64,000 nucleotides of DNA from positions 192,001 to 256,000 of the forward strand of contig CAWAWS010000039.1 in the NCBI GenBank assembly GCA_963785725.1, written 5' to 3'. Positions 47,306 through 56,067 of this stretch are shown here, in pieces. Position 1 is the first letter of the stretch, and each line of letters starts with the position of its first letter. A model generated the notes under the pieces. The model made no database searches. It was not told the DNA's origin and saw only the letters and a list, made by a program, of their open reading frames with translations. The DNA is from an uncultured delta proteobacterium (lineage in GTDB: Bacteria > Myxococcota_A > Polyangia > Palsa-1104). The translations under genes were made by a program, and so were the position numbers.

Positions 47306-48155
47306 ATGGCTGTCACAGCATTCGTCGCTGTCACCGATTTTGGTCGATTGTCCGCCGGGGACGCCCTCGAATGGCTCGCCACACTGCCCGCAGCCTCGGT
47401 AGATCTCGTCTTCGCCGATCCCCCGTACAACCTCGGACGCGAGCATTGGGACGATTTCGGGTCCAACGACGACTACGTCGCTTGGAGCCGTCGCTGGATC
47501 CTCGAGGCGGCGCGCATTCTTCGTCCGACGGGTTCTCTTTACATTTGCGGGTTTTCCGAGCTGTTGGCCGACGTTAAGGTCATCGCCGCGCCGCACTTCG
47601 CCGGCTGTCGCTGGCTCGTCTGGCACTACCGCAACAAAGCCAACCTCGGGCGCGACTGGGGCCGGTCGCACGAGAGTGTCTTGCACTTGCGGCACCGCGA
47701 CTTCGTCCTCGATGTCGACGCGGCACGCGTGCCTTATAACGCGCACACGCTGCGCTACCCGGCCCATCCGCAAGCGGAGACGTCGCGTTACGGTCGCCAA
47801 AAGTACGTCTGGCAGCCCAATCCACTGGGTGCAAAGCCTCGAGATGTCATCGAAATACCGACTCTTACGAATGGAATGCGAGAAAAGACGATCCATCCGA
47901 CACAGAAGCCGCTCGAGCTGGTTCGTCGGCTCGTGGCGGCCGCTTCGCGACCGGGAGATCTCGTCGTCGACCCGTTCGGCGGCTCCGGAACGACATTCGT
48001 CGCCTGCGAGGCGCTCGGTCGCCGCTGGCTCGGGTGTGAGAATCGATCCGCGTTTTCAGCAGCTCATCGCCGAACGGCTGGCGCAGCCCGTCAGCGACGA
48101 GACCGCCGGTCGCGCCGAGGCCCGCCGCCGCCTCGCGCGCAGCAACCTGCGTTGA
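47306..48155 (+). CDS. Orphan N4/N6 DNA methyltransferase (beta class), frameshifted near 48041
   Basis: DPPYN, HPTQKP, DPFGGSGT; removing one A at 48041-48042 gives GCEIDPRFQQLIAERL. Confidence 0.88.
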
Positions 48156-48181
48156 CGGGCGCGCGCCGCTGCCGGTATAAG
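48152..48181 (+). promoter_or_regulatory. sigma70-type promoter
   Basis: TTGACG-18 nt-TATAAG upstream of ATG 48192. Confidence 0.55.
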
Positions 48182-48191
48182 CGGAAGCTCT

Positions 48192-48683
48192 ATGGCGCCC
48201 GAAGAAATCTGTCGCAAGGTTGGTGAGCAGAAGACGAAGAGCATCTTCTTGGAGCTCACCGCCGAGGCGATGAAGAAGGTGCTGCGCGAGGCGAAGATCC
48301 CCACCAATCGCCTCGCCAGCCATACGTCCACTCGCAAGCGGAACGACGACTGGGCCAACCGGGTCTGGCGCACCGTCTCCAGCAGCGCAGCTTCGACGAC
48401 CGCTGCGACGCTGCTCTTCGAGTGGCTCACGCGCACCCGGCGCAAGATGCTGGCGCAGTTCCTGACCGCGCTCGAGGTTCCGCACGAGGACGGGCTCACC
48501 GACGCCGATTTCATGCAGACTTCGACCCCCGAGAAGCTCATCGAGGCGGCCAAGAAGCTGTTCGAGACGCACGACAAGGCCGAGGTGGCGGCTTACCTGC
48601 TGTTCCTCGACGCGTCGAACAAGAGCGAGATCTTTGCGCCGTTGGAGCTCGAAAAGTATCTCCTGGCACCAGCCGCCGCCTGA
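48192..48683 (+). CDS. Hypothetical protein
   Basis: GC-rich third codon positions, natural composition, own promoter. Confidence 0.8.
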   Translation: MAPEEICRKVGEQKTKSIFLELTAEAMKKVLREAKIPTNRLASHTSTRKRNDDWANRVWRTVSSSAASTTAATLLFEWLTRTRRKMLAQFLTALEVPHEDGLTDADFMQTSTPEKLIEAAKKLFETHDKAEVAAYLLFLDASNKSEIFAPLELEKYLLAPAAA

Positions 48684-48738
48684 AGATTCAGCCACAGCTT
48701 GTTGCGCCGCACGCTCGGTCCGCTCACAATGTTTTCCA

Positions 48739-50403
48739 GTGATTGGTCGAGCTAGGGTCGCTGTCGCACTGGCGGTAGCATGTGCGTTGTGCGCGCCAGC
48801 GCTGGCGGTGCCGAAGCGCGCCAAGGCGCGCCTGCCGATCGCGGCCACGCATGGAAGCGCGCGCCAGGCGCGGATGCTGCCGACGAAGAAGCCGCTGATC
48901 GCCGCACCCATCCGCCGCGACACGAGCACAACTCCGCGCGAAGTCGCCAATCCGAATGATCCTCGTGAGCTGCGCATCGCTCACCTACGCGAACGCCTGC
49001 TGTCGATGCTGCACGAGGCACCGCTGAGCCGAACCAAGGTCGGCGTCGAGGTGATGCAGGCTTCGAACGGCGACGTCCTCTTCGCGCACAACTCGGCGCA
49101 GCAGTTCAATCCAGCGTCGAACACCAAGATGCTGACGACGGCTGCCGCCATGTCCTATCTCGGCGCCGATTTTCGTTATCACACGTCGCTGTTCGGTCCC
49201 GAGCCCGACGCGGATGGCGTCGTGCACGGTGACGTGTCCTTGCGTGGCAGCGGCGATCCGTCGCTGACGACGACCGATGTCGCCGAGATCGCGCGCGCGC
49301 TCGCGTCGCGTGGCATTCAGCGCATCGAGGGCGATCTCTATTCCGACTCGCGCTTTCACGGCAAAGGCAGCGAGCAAAATGGCGACGGTGAAGGCGCGCT
49401 GATTCTCAACCGCAACACCTACGCGGTGCGCGTGCGGCCGGGCGAGCTCGGTCACGCAGCGATCGTGTCGATCGAGCCCCACGTCGATCTCTTCGCCGTC
49501 GAGAATCAGACCCAGACGGTGCGCGCGAAGCGTTCCCGGTTGCGCATCGATTCCTACCGCAAGGACGATCGGCTGGTCATCACCGTTCGCGGTCGCATGG
49601 CCGAAGGGCACGACGATTACACCGACATGCGCCGCCTGGCCGACGGCTCGCTCTTGACCGCCGCCGTCTTGCGTAGCGCGCTGGCTGATTTCGGCGTCGA
49701 GCTGACCGGTCGAGTGCGTGCCGGCAACGTCGCAGGTCCGGCGCTGCTCGGCGAGCATGTCTCGGCACCGCTCGCTGATGTTTGTAAAATCTCCAACAAG
49801 CCGTCGAACAACTTTGTCGCCGAGGCGATCTACAAGACGCTCGGTGGCGAGCTCTACGGTGCCCCGGGAACGCTCGCCAAAGGTACGAAAGCTGTCATGG
49901 AATACTTGACCAGCGCCGGCATCAAACCGGGCGCGGTCAAGATCGTCAACGGGTCGGGGCTGACGCACGAGAATCGCATCACGCCCTCGGACTTGGCGAC
50001 GCTGTTGCGCAAGATCTATTACGACATGTCTGTCGCGCCCGACTTCTTGGCGTCGCTGGCGATCGCCGGGATCGACGGGACGATTCGCAATCGCTTCATG
50101 GGCACCGACGCCGTCGGGCTCGTGCGCGCCAAGACCGGCACGCTCACCGGCGTGTCTGCGCTGTCGGGATACGTCGGCGACAAAGACGACGTGCTCATCT
50201 TCTCGATCTTCGTCGAAGGCTTTCGCCACAAGAAGACGAACGAAGTTCGGCACGCGCAGGTGCGCATGGTCGAGGCGATGTTGTCTTATTTGCGCAGCGA
50301 CGCGCCAGCGACGAACGGCAGCGATCGCGACCAGGAAATTCCGGCCGAGCTCACGCCCGACGACTCCGAGTCCGACGGCGATCCGCAGCTTCCCGCGCCC
50401 TGA
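48739..50403 (+). CDS. dacB: D-alanyl-D-alanine carboxypeptidase/endopeptidase PBP4
   Basis: PASNTK (SxxK), GSGDP, SNN, NGSGL, AKTGTL. Confidence 0.93.
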   Translation: MIGRARVAVALAVACALCAPALAVPKRAKARLPIAATHGSARQARMLPTKKPLIAAPIRRDTSTTPREVANPNDPRELRIAHLRERLLSMLHEAPLSRTKVGVEVMQASNGDVLFAHNSAQQFNPASNTKMLTTAAAMSYLGADFRYHTSLFGPEPDADGVVHGDVSLRGSGDPSLTTTDVAEIARALASRGIQRIEGDLYSDSRFHGKGSEQNGDGEGALILNRNTYAVRVRPGELGHAAIVSIEPHVDLFAVENQTQTVRAKRSRLRIDSYRKDDRLVITVRGRMAEGHDDYTDMRRLADGSLLTAAVLRSALADFGVELTGRVRAGNVAGPALLGEHVSAPLADVCKISNKPSNNFVAEAIYKTLGGELYGAPGTLAKGTKAVMEYLTSAGIKPGAVKIVNGSGLTHENRITPSDLATLLRKIYYDMSVAPDFLASLAIAGIDGTIRNRFMGTDAVGLVRAKTGTLTGVSALSGYVGDKDDVLIFSIFVEGFRHKKTNEVRHAQVRMVEAMLSYLRSDAPATNGSDRDQEIPAELTPDDSESDGDPQLPAP

Positions 50404-50405
50404 CC

Positions 50406-50711
50406 TCATCGCTGGGCCCGCTCGGCGAACAGGCGGCGCGCGCGCGTGCGATCGATCATCAGGGCATCGAATTGCCGGGCGTCGATGACGCCTTCGTCGA
50501 GCGCGTCGTACAACAGCGGGCCTAATCGCTCGACGCTGAGCTGCGATTGCACCGGCGCTTTCGGCACCAGCTCTTCCGGTCGCGGAATGCAGGACGCGCG
50601 TCGGCGAACGGCGTTGGCGAGGTCGGGACGATCGAATTGCAGATCGTCGCAGAGCCGATCGACGTTGTGGTGAATCTCGGCGAACAAGGCGGCAAGGCGG
50701 TCGTTGAGCAT
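50406..50711 (-). CDS. Four-helix-bundle-like protein (23S rRNA IVP/TIGR02436-related, divergent)
   Basis: DLANAVRRRASCIP and LYDALDEGVIDARQFDAL resemble the family motifs LxxQxRRAxxSIP and LYxAxDxGYI. ATG 50711 chosen because the promoter overlaps the 50723 start region. Confidence 0.65.
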   Translation of the reverse strand: MLNDRLAALFAEIHHNVDRLCDDLQFDRPDLANAVRRRASCIPRPEELVPKAPVQSQLSVERLGPLLYDALDEGVIDARQFDALMIDRTRARRLFAERAQR

Positions 50712-50723
50712 GCGCGGGGCCAT

Positions 50724-50739
50724 TGCGAGCGACGTGCCG
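50724..50739 (-). promoter_or_regulatory. Putative sigma54 -24/-12 promoter
   Basis: Minus strand CGGCACGTCGCTCGCA, GG-N10-GC. Confidence 0.65.
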
Positions 50740-50796
50740 CTGGCCGCGTTAGAAGATCCGCATGGTTACGGTGATAGGGAAGCTCAGGTGGTCTCG

Positions 50797-50834
50797 GGTG
50801 GCGTCCGGTATGCGGATCTTGTCCGGCTACCGGA
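50797..50834 (-). repeat. Dispersed motif copy 2
   Basis: Minus strand TCCGGTAGCCGGACAAGATCCGCATACCGGACGCCACC, 36/38 identical to 11393-11430. Confidence 0.9.
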
Positions 50835-51115
50835 CGGCTTCATGCTTCATGCGAGGCGTGCAGCCGCTGCGGCTATCACGTCCCCGTAGGACTGCAGCGT
50901 CGTCGAGGCCGTGACACGACTTGCCATCGGCCGTGGCCGTGCTTGGTTACGTGCAGGCGAGCTTGAGCGGGAAGTGAGCAACGATCACCGGCGCGTCGTC
51001 GTGGCTCGGTCACGTCGAGCCGAGGCGAGCGCCAGCAAGTTCCCGAGTCGCAGCGTGTAACTCTCCCGTCGCGCGGTCGGCCGTCAGCGTGAGGGTCCTG
51101 CTCCCGACCCGCGCT

Positions 51116-51769
51116 TCAATGCAGCAACTCCACTGCACCGGTGTCGAGGTCGTAGCGTGCGCCAATCACCTTGACCTTGCCCTCCTGAACCAGCGGCGCG
51201 ATTACCGGGCGCGAGGACTGCACGTCGTTGACCGATGCGGCCACGTTGGCGCGCACGGCTGCTTCGACGGGATCTCCGTCCGGCTTGGGGGCACGCGCGA
51301 TCGCCCGACGAATGCGACTGACCAGCGCGTCGATGTGCGCCCCCGGCGCGTCGGGCGCGAGCGCCGCTTCGACCGCACCGCAGCGCTCGTGCCCAAGCAC
51401 GACCACTAATGGGACTCCGAGGTGCTCGACGGCGTACTCGATGCTGCCGAGGACGGCGTCGTCGATCACGTTGCCGGCGATGCGGATGACGAACAAGTCT
51501 CCGATGCCTTGGCCGAAGATCGCCTCCGGCGGGACGCGCGAATCGGCGCAGCCGATGACCACGGCGAGCGGGTGCTGTGAGGTCGCCACCTCGCCGCGCC
51601 GCGCCCGCGTCTGGCGTGGACACGACGCACCCGCGGAAACGAAGGCGTGATTGCCAGCGATCAGCGTCTTCAATGCGGCATCAGCCGTGGGCGTCTGCGT
51701 TGTCGGCTCGGCAAGGACGCGTAGTGGCAGGCCCAGGGCTAAGACCAGGACGCAGGGGTGGACGCGCAT
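51116..51769 (-). CDS. Beta-class carbonic anhydrase with signal peptide
   Basis: GCADSRV, RIAGN, GSIEYAV, GHERCGAV. Confidence 0.93.
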   Translation of the reverse strand: MRVHPCVLVLALGLPLRVLAEPTTQTPTADAALKTLIAGNHAFVSAGASCPRQTRARRGEVATSQHPLAVVIGCADSRVPPEAIFGQGIGDLFVIRIAGNVIDDAVLGSIEYAVEHLGVPLVVVLGHERCGAVEAALAPDAPGAHIDALVSRIRRAIARAPKPDGDPVEAAVRANVAASVNDVQSSRPVIAPLVQEGKVKVIGARYDLDTGAVELLH

Positions 51770-52208
51770 GACCTTGGTAGTAACCGCCCGACCCTGCTGT
51801 GAAAGATAGGAGATCGCTGTAGCGCGGTCGTCGACATTCTCAACCAGGCGTTCTTGCGGCAGGGGCGGACACGCCCAAGTCGTCGCGACCGCTACCGCCC
51901 GGGGTAAGCAGCTTCGCCACCGCGTTCTTTCCACCTTGGTCCGATCGACCTGGTTCCCTGAATAGTCCGCTACGGTCCTTCGTCGCATGACTGGCTGCTC
52001 TAGCCAGCTCACGAGACTAGCGACGGCCTCCTCAATTAGTGAAGTGAGTCGCATCGAATTCATCGGCGCATTGTTTGCCAGCGACTGCACCAACGCCACG
52101 AGGGTCCGGTAGGCCTTTTCTCGGAGCAGAAAGTCGATCGAGGTCGCGCAAATCCGGAGTCACATAATGGCCTTCACCCGATCACCGTTCGAGGGCCCTA
52201 AGCGGACG

Positions 52209-53303
52209 ATGATGCTGCGTGCCTTGCTGTCGCTGCTGTTCGCCGCCGGCTGCGCTGCGCCCGGAGCCGATGCCGCGTCGCGACCACCGAGCGAGTATCA
52301 GGTCGGCGCCTACTACTTCGCTGGCTGGTGGTCCACGCCGGTTCCGTCGAACTACCTCACCAACCACACGACCGACTGGCGCCCGCAATACCCCGAGCGC
52401 GAGCCGGTGTTCGGCTGGTTCGACGATACCCAGGCTGCCGTCGACCAGGAGATTGCGCTCGCCGCCGATGGTGGCCTCGACTTCTTCGTATTCGACTATT
52501 ACGCCGAGGTTGGGCCGGGCAATCCCGGCGCCGCCGAGAATGCCAACAATGGGCTGAAGTATTATTTGACGTCGCCAAACAAGTCGCGTTTGCGATTCGC
52601 GGTCGTTTACGTCAACCACTCCTTTTCGCCGACGGCAAATTGGGACGCGAACGTGGCGGCCTGGATCGATTTGATGCGCGATCCGCAATATGTCTCGATC
52701 GCGGGGAGGCCGATTCTCATCGTCATTCGCCCCGACCTCTTACGCACTGCTTGGGGATCGGCCGCTGCTGCACGAGCGGCGCTCGATCGCTTGCGCGCGC
52801 AAGCGATCGCCGCCGGGCTGCCGTCGCCACTCATTGGCGGCGGCGCGGTCTACGAGGCGGGCGCCTACGCGAGCACGAGCGCCGCCGACGGCTACGACTT
52901 TCTCACCACCTACGCGCTCGACGTCGACGACACCACCATCTTCCCGTCGGTGCCGACCGACTATTCCGATATGACGCGCACCCAGACCGAGCTGTGGCGT
53001 GGGCTCGCGGCGGCGTCGCCGCTTCCTTACGTGCCATCGGCGCTCGCCGGCTGGGACGCGCGGCCGATCCCCGAAGGCACCAACTGGATCACCGGACAAA
53101 CGTCCGACGGCCTGCGTGCGCTGATCGTGGCCGAGCGTGATGCCATCGATCACCACGCCAACTTCCGCCTGCCGGCGCGCGATGGCTCCATCGGCGTGGC
53201 GCTGGTCTACGCTTGGAACGAGCTGAGCGAGGGTGGCTACATCGTGCCAACGCTGGCGCAGGGCGACGCCTACCTACGCTCGGTCACCGGCGTCTTCCGC
53301 TAA
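52209..53303 (+). CDS. GH99/GH71-like (WbsX-type) glycoside hydrolase lipoprotein
   Basis: FAAG-C lipobox; AYYF, P.FGWFDD, GLDFFVFDYY, GWDARP, YAWNELSEGGYIVP. Confidence 0.8.
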   Translation: MMLRALLSLLFAAGCAAPGADAASRPPSEYQVGAYYFAGWWSTPVPSNYLTNHTTDWRPQYPEREPVFGWFDDTQAAVDQEIALAADGGLDFFVFDYYAEVGPGNPGAAENANNGLKYYLTSPNKSRLRFAVVYVNHSFSPTANWDANVAAWIDLMRDPQYVSIAGRPILIVIRPDLLRTAWGSAAAARAALDRLRAQAIAAGLPSPLIGGGAVYEAGAYASTSAADGYDFLTTYALDVDDTTIFPSVPTDYSDMTRTQTELWRGLAAASPLPYVPSALAGWDARPIPEGTNWITGQTSDGLRALIVAERDAIDHHANFRLPARDGSIGVALVYAWNELSEGGYIVPTLAQGDAYLRSVTGVFR

Positions 53304-53645
53304 GGGCCGCCGGAACGCTCGAGACGCGAGCCGTCTCTTACTGAGCCGGACAGCTATTGGGCACGTTGGCCCTCGCGCAAACCATTCTCGGGCTTCGCTG
53401 CCACGCGAATTGTTCGGCCGAGTCTCAGACGTCCATTGCCTTCCTACCTATAACCAGCGTCCGATCGCTCCCGCGTAAGCTCGACTCGAAACGAAGCGAA
53501 ATGTCGCGAACCTGGCACGTGCATGTGGGACTGGCGACGAGGGCGCAATGCTAACGCTAAGGCGCAATTGACCGCCTAACCGCTGCTGCGTTTGAATGGC
53601 GCCCGAAACGCGCACCGGCTCCCTACCGTTTTGCGGAGGCTCGCG

Positions 53646-55124
53646 ATGAAAGGCATCACGCGTCGGCAGGTGCTCGAAGGTCTCGGACTGGCGATCGGCT
53701 CGGCGACGTTGGGCGCCGCGTGCCACGACGGCCACGCCGGCGGCAACCAGGACGCAGGCGGCGGCATGCAAGGCGCGCCCGATCTGGCGACGGGCGCTGA
53801 CCAATCGGTGCCGCGTGACATGGCGATGGCGCGAGACGCCGCCGCACGTGACGCCGCCACCGCCCCCGACATGGCCGTGAGCGACCAGCAGCTGCTGGCG
53901 TCCATCGATAACATCGTCGTGCTGATGATGGAGAATCGCTCGTTCGATCATTATCTAGGCTCGCTCGCGCTCGATGAAGGGCGCCCGATCGACGGCCTGA
54001 CCGGCAACGAGTGGAATCCCGATCCCAACGGCAACAAAGTGTTCGTGGCGCCCTTGCCCAATCTGACGCCGGCCGATCCGCCGCACGATTGGGATCCGGC
54101 GCATCAGCAATGGGACAACGGCGCCAACGACGGCTTCGTCATCGCGCACGCCGGGGCCGATCAGAACGACGTCATGGGCTATTACATGCGTTCGCAGCTG
54201 CCGGTGACCTACGCGCTCGCCGACCAGTCGGCGGTCTGTCAGCGCTGGTTCTCGTCGCTGCTCGGTCCGACCTGGCCCAATCGCATGTTCCTGCATTGCG
54301 CGACCTCCAACGGCGTCACGACCAATATCCCGTCGACGGGCTCGCCGAGCATCTTCGATTCGCTCGATAACGCGGGAATATCGAATAAGAATTATTATTC
54401 GGATATCGCTTGGGCTTCCGGCGGATATCTCAAGCTCAACGGGCTGGCCACGATCGAGACCTATTTTTCGGACGCCGCGGCCGGCACGCTGCCCAGCTTT
54501 TCGATCATCGATCCGATGTTTCTCGGCGCCACGGCCAACGACGATCATCCGAGCCATGACGTCACGCTCGGGCAGACGCTCATCAGCACGGTGTTCGCGG
54601 CGCTGGCGGCCAGCCCGCAGTGGAATCGCTCGCTGTTCGTGCTGGTCTACGACGAAAACGGCGGCTTCTTCGACCACGTGCCGCCGCCCACGACGACCGA
54701 CGAGCGCACCGAATTCCAGCAGCTCGGCTTTCGTGTGCCGACGCTGGTGGCGGGTCCGTGCGTCAAGCGCGGCGCGGCCATCGACACCGTCTTCGACCAC
54801 GTGTCGGTGGCGGCCACCGTCGCGGCGCGCTGGGGGCTGCCGCCGCTCAACGCGCGTACGGCGGCGGCGAACACGCTCGCCAGCTGCATCGATCCCAGTC
54901 TACTCGGCAAGCCGCAAGCGCCGCCGAAGCTGCCGATGATGAAGATTCGTCGCTCACGCTTCGTCAACCGGCCGGCCTACAGCGGCGAGCATCCCGAGCT
55001 CGTGGATGCGCTCGAACGCGGGCACATTCCGCGGCGCTTCGATCGGCGCAGCCAGGCGCGCGCCATCACCGATCGCATCCTGGCCGAAGGCGTGCGCCTC
55101 GGCACGGTCCAGCTCCTCGACTGA
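53646..55124 (+). CDS. Phosphoesterase/phospholipase C family, Tat lipoprotein
   Basis: TRRQVL Tat motif, GAA-C; MMENRSFDHY, GPTWPNR, DDHP, YDENGGFFDHV, GFRVP; GGAGG RBS. Confidence 0.92.
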   Translation: MKGITRRQVLEGLGLAIGSATLGAACHDGHAGGNQDAGGGMQGAPDLATGADQSVPRDMAMARDAAARDAATAPDMAVSDQQLLASIDNIVVLMMENRSFDHYLGSLALDEGRPIDGLTGNEWNPDPNGNKVFVAPLPNLTPADPPHDWDPAHQQWDNGANDGFVIAHAGADQNDVMGYYMRSQLPVTYALADQSAVCQRWFSSLLGPTWPNRMFLHCATSNGVTTNIPSTGSPSIFDSLDNAGISNKNYYSDIAWASGGYLKLNGLATIETYFSDAAAGTLPSFSIIDPMFLGATANDDHPSHDVTLGQTLISTVFAALAASPQWNRSLFVLVYDENGGFFDHVPPPTTTDERTEFQQLGFRVPTLVAGPCVKRGAAIDTVFDHVSVAATVAARWGLPPLNARTAAANTLASCIDPSLLGKPQAPPKLPMMKIRRSRFVNRPAYSGEHPELVDALERGHIPRRFDRRSQARAITDRILAEGVRLGTVQLLD

Positions 55125-55214
55125 CGCCGCTCGCCGCGTCGGGGAGGCTCGCTTCCAACGACTGGCGGCGCGATGGCGGCGTCGCTTCGGACACCATCGC
55201 TCGAGCCGAAGCGC

Positions 55215-55583
55215 TCAGGGCCGCTGCGGAAACGGCTTGCCGTCGACCGGGCCGACGTCCATGCCGTCATACGTCTCGATGCCGCACGCCGTGGCGAAGC
55301 GATTGAGCTGTTGATTGCGCGCGTCGAGCGAGTCCACGTCATGTCGTTCGACGCGTTCGACATGCAGCACCCACGTCGGCGCCGGGCCGTCGTCAGGCGC
55401 GGCGTCCGCTTCGAAGAGCGCGACGAGGCGATAGCCGTCCTGCAAGAGATCGGGCACTGCCGACCGCAGCGTCTCCGGATCGCGATCGACGAAGAAGTAG
55501 CCCCACAGCAGCTCGCGCTCGGTGTCGACGCCATGATCGGCCGTCTGCGCGAATAGGGCGATTGCGGCGTTGCGGTCGATCAT
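55215..55583 (-). CDS. RraB/DUF695-like acidic protein
   Basis: LLWGYFF..L...GY...YDG pattern; GAGG upstream of ATG. Confidence 0.7.
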   Translation of the reverse strand: MIDRNAAIALFAQTADHGVDTERELLWGYFFVDRDPETLRSAVPDLLQDGYRLVALFEADAAPDDGPAPTWVLHVERVERHDVDSLDARNQQLNRFATACGIETYDGMDVGPVDGKPFPQRP

Positions 55584-55639
55584 GGAGCCTCGCGTTTTCC
55601 GTCGTAACCGCGGCGAAGACGGTCTCGGCGACACCTAAC

Positions 55640-55809
55640 ATGCCTTCGCCGGGATCGTCCATGAGCTCGCTGTCGATTTCGATGACGCTGCCGACGGCGA
55701 TGAGCCCGCTTCATGTCGTCGAGCGGGCAAACTTGGGCGTGCTGCCGATGGCCTCGGCGACGTCCAATGGAACGCTCGACGAAGTGGCGCTGGTGACATG
55801 AGTGGCCAC
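55640..55809 (-). pseudogene. Possible decayed four-helix-bundle gene relic
   Basis: Minus frame VATHVTSATSSSVPLDVAEAIGSTPKFARSTT*SGLIAVGSVIEIDSEL echoes SxPxNIAEG..IAxGSxxE; in-frame TGA at 55713-55711. Confidence 0.4.
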
Positions 55810-55820
55810 TGTTCGCGAGC

Positions 55821-55838
55821 TGTCCGGCTACCGGATCT
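55821..55838 (-). repeat. Dispersed motif copy 3 (core only)
   Basis: Minus strand AGATCCGGTAGCCGGACA, 18/18 identical to 11390-11407. Confidence 0.85.
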
Positions 55839-55889
55839 ATTCTTGCGCTGGGCTCGTCGAGAAATCACGGGTTACACGAAATGATCGCG

Positions 55890-55905
55890 CGGCACGAAAC
55901 CTGCT
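55890..55905 (+). promoter_or_regulatory. Putative sigma54 -24/-12 promoter
   Basis: CGGCACGAAACCTGCT, GG-N10-GC, ATG at 55918. Confidence 0.55.
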
Positions 55906-56067
55906 GAGCCCGCACGCATGAACGCCGCTCGGCTCAAGTCGCAGCTTCGCCGTCGCGTGCGCGTGACGCGCCGGCCGCGACGGGCGAGCCGCCTCTTGAC
56001 CTTGGTGGTCGTGCTGCTCGGCTTCGCTTCCTTTTATATGTGCTGCGAACGCGACGTCTACGGCGCG

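Noticed and set aside
11393..50834. Motif copies 1 and 2 as terminal inverted repeats of a 39-kb mobile or invertible element
   Set aside because: The enclosed DNA is core genes (serS, ihfB, addAB-like), no transposase or recombinase is present, a third copy lies outside, and each copy has its own promoter geometry.
53513..53547. sigma54 promoter for the phospholipase C gene
   Set aside because: TGGCACG lacks a GC at N10, and the alternative TGGCGACGAGGGCGCA fits the consensus poorly.
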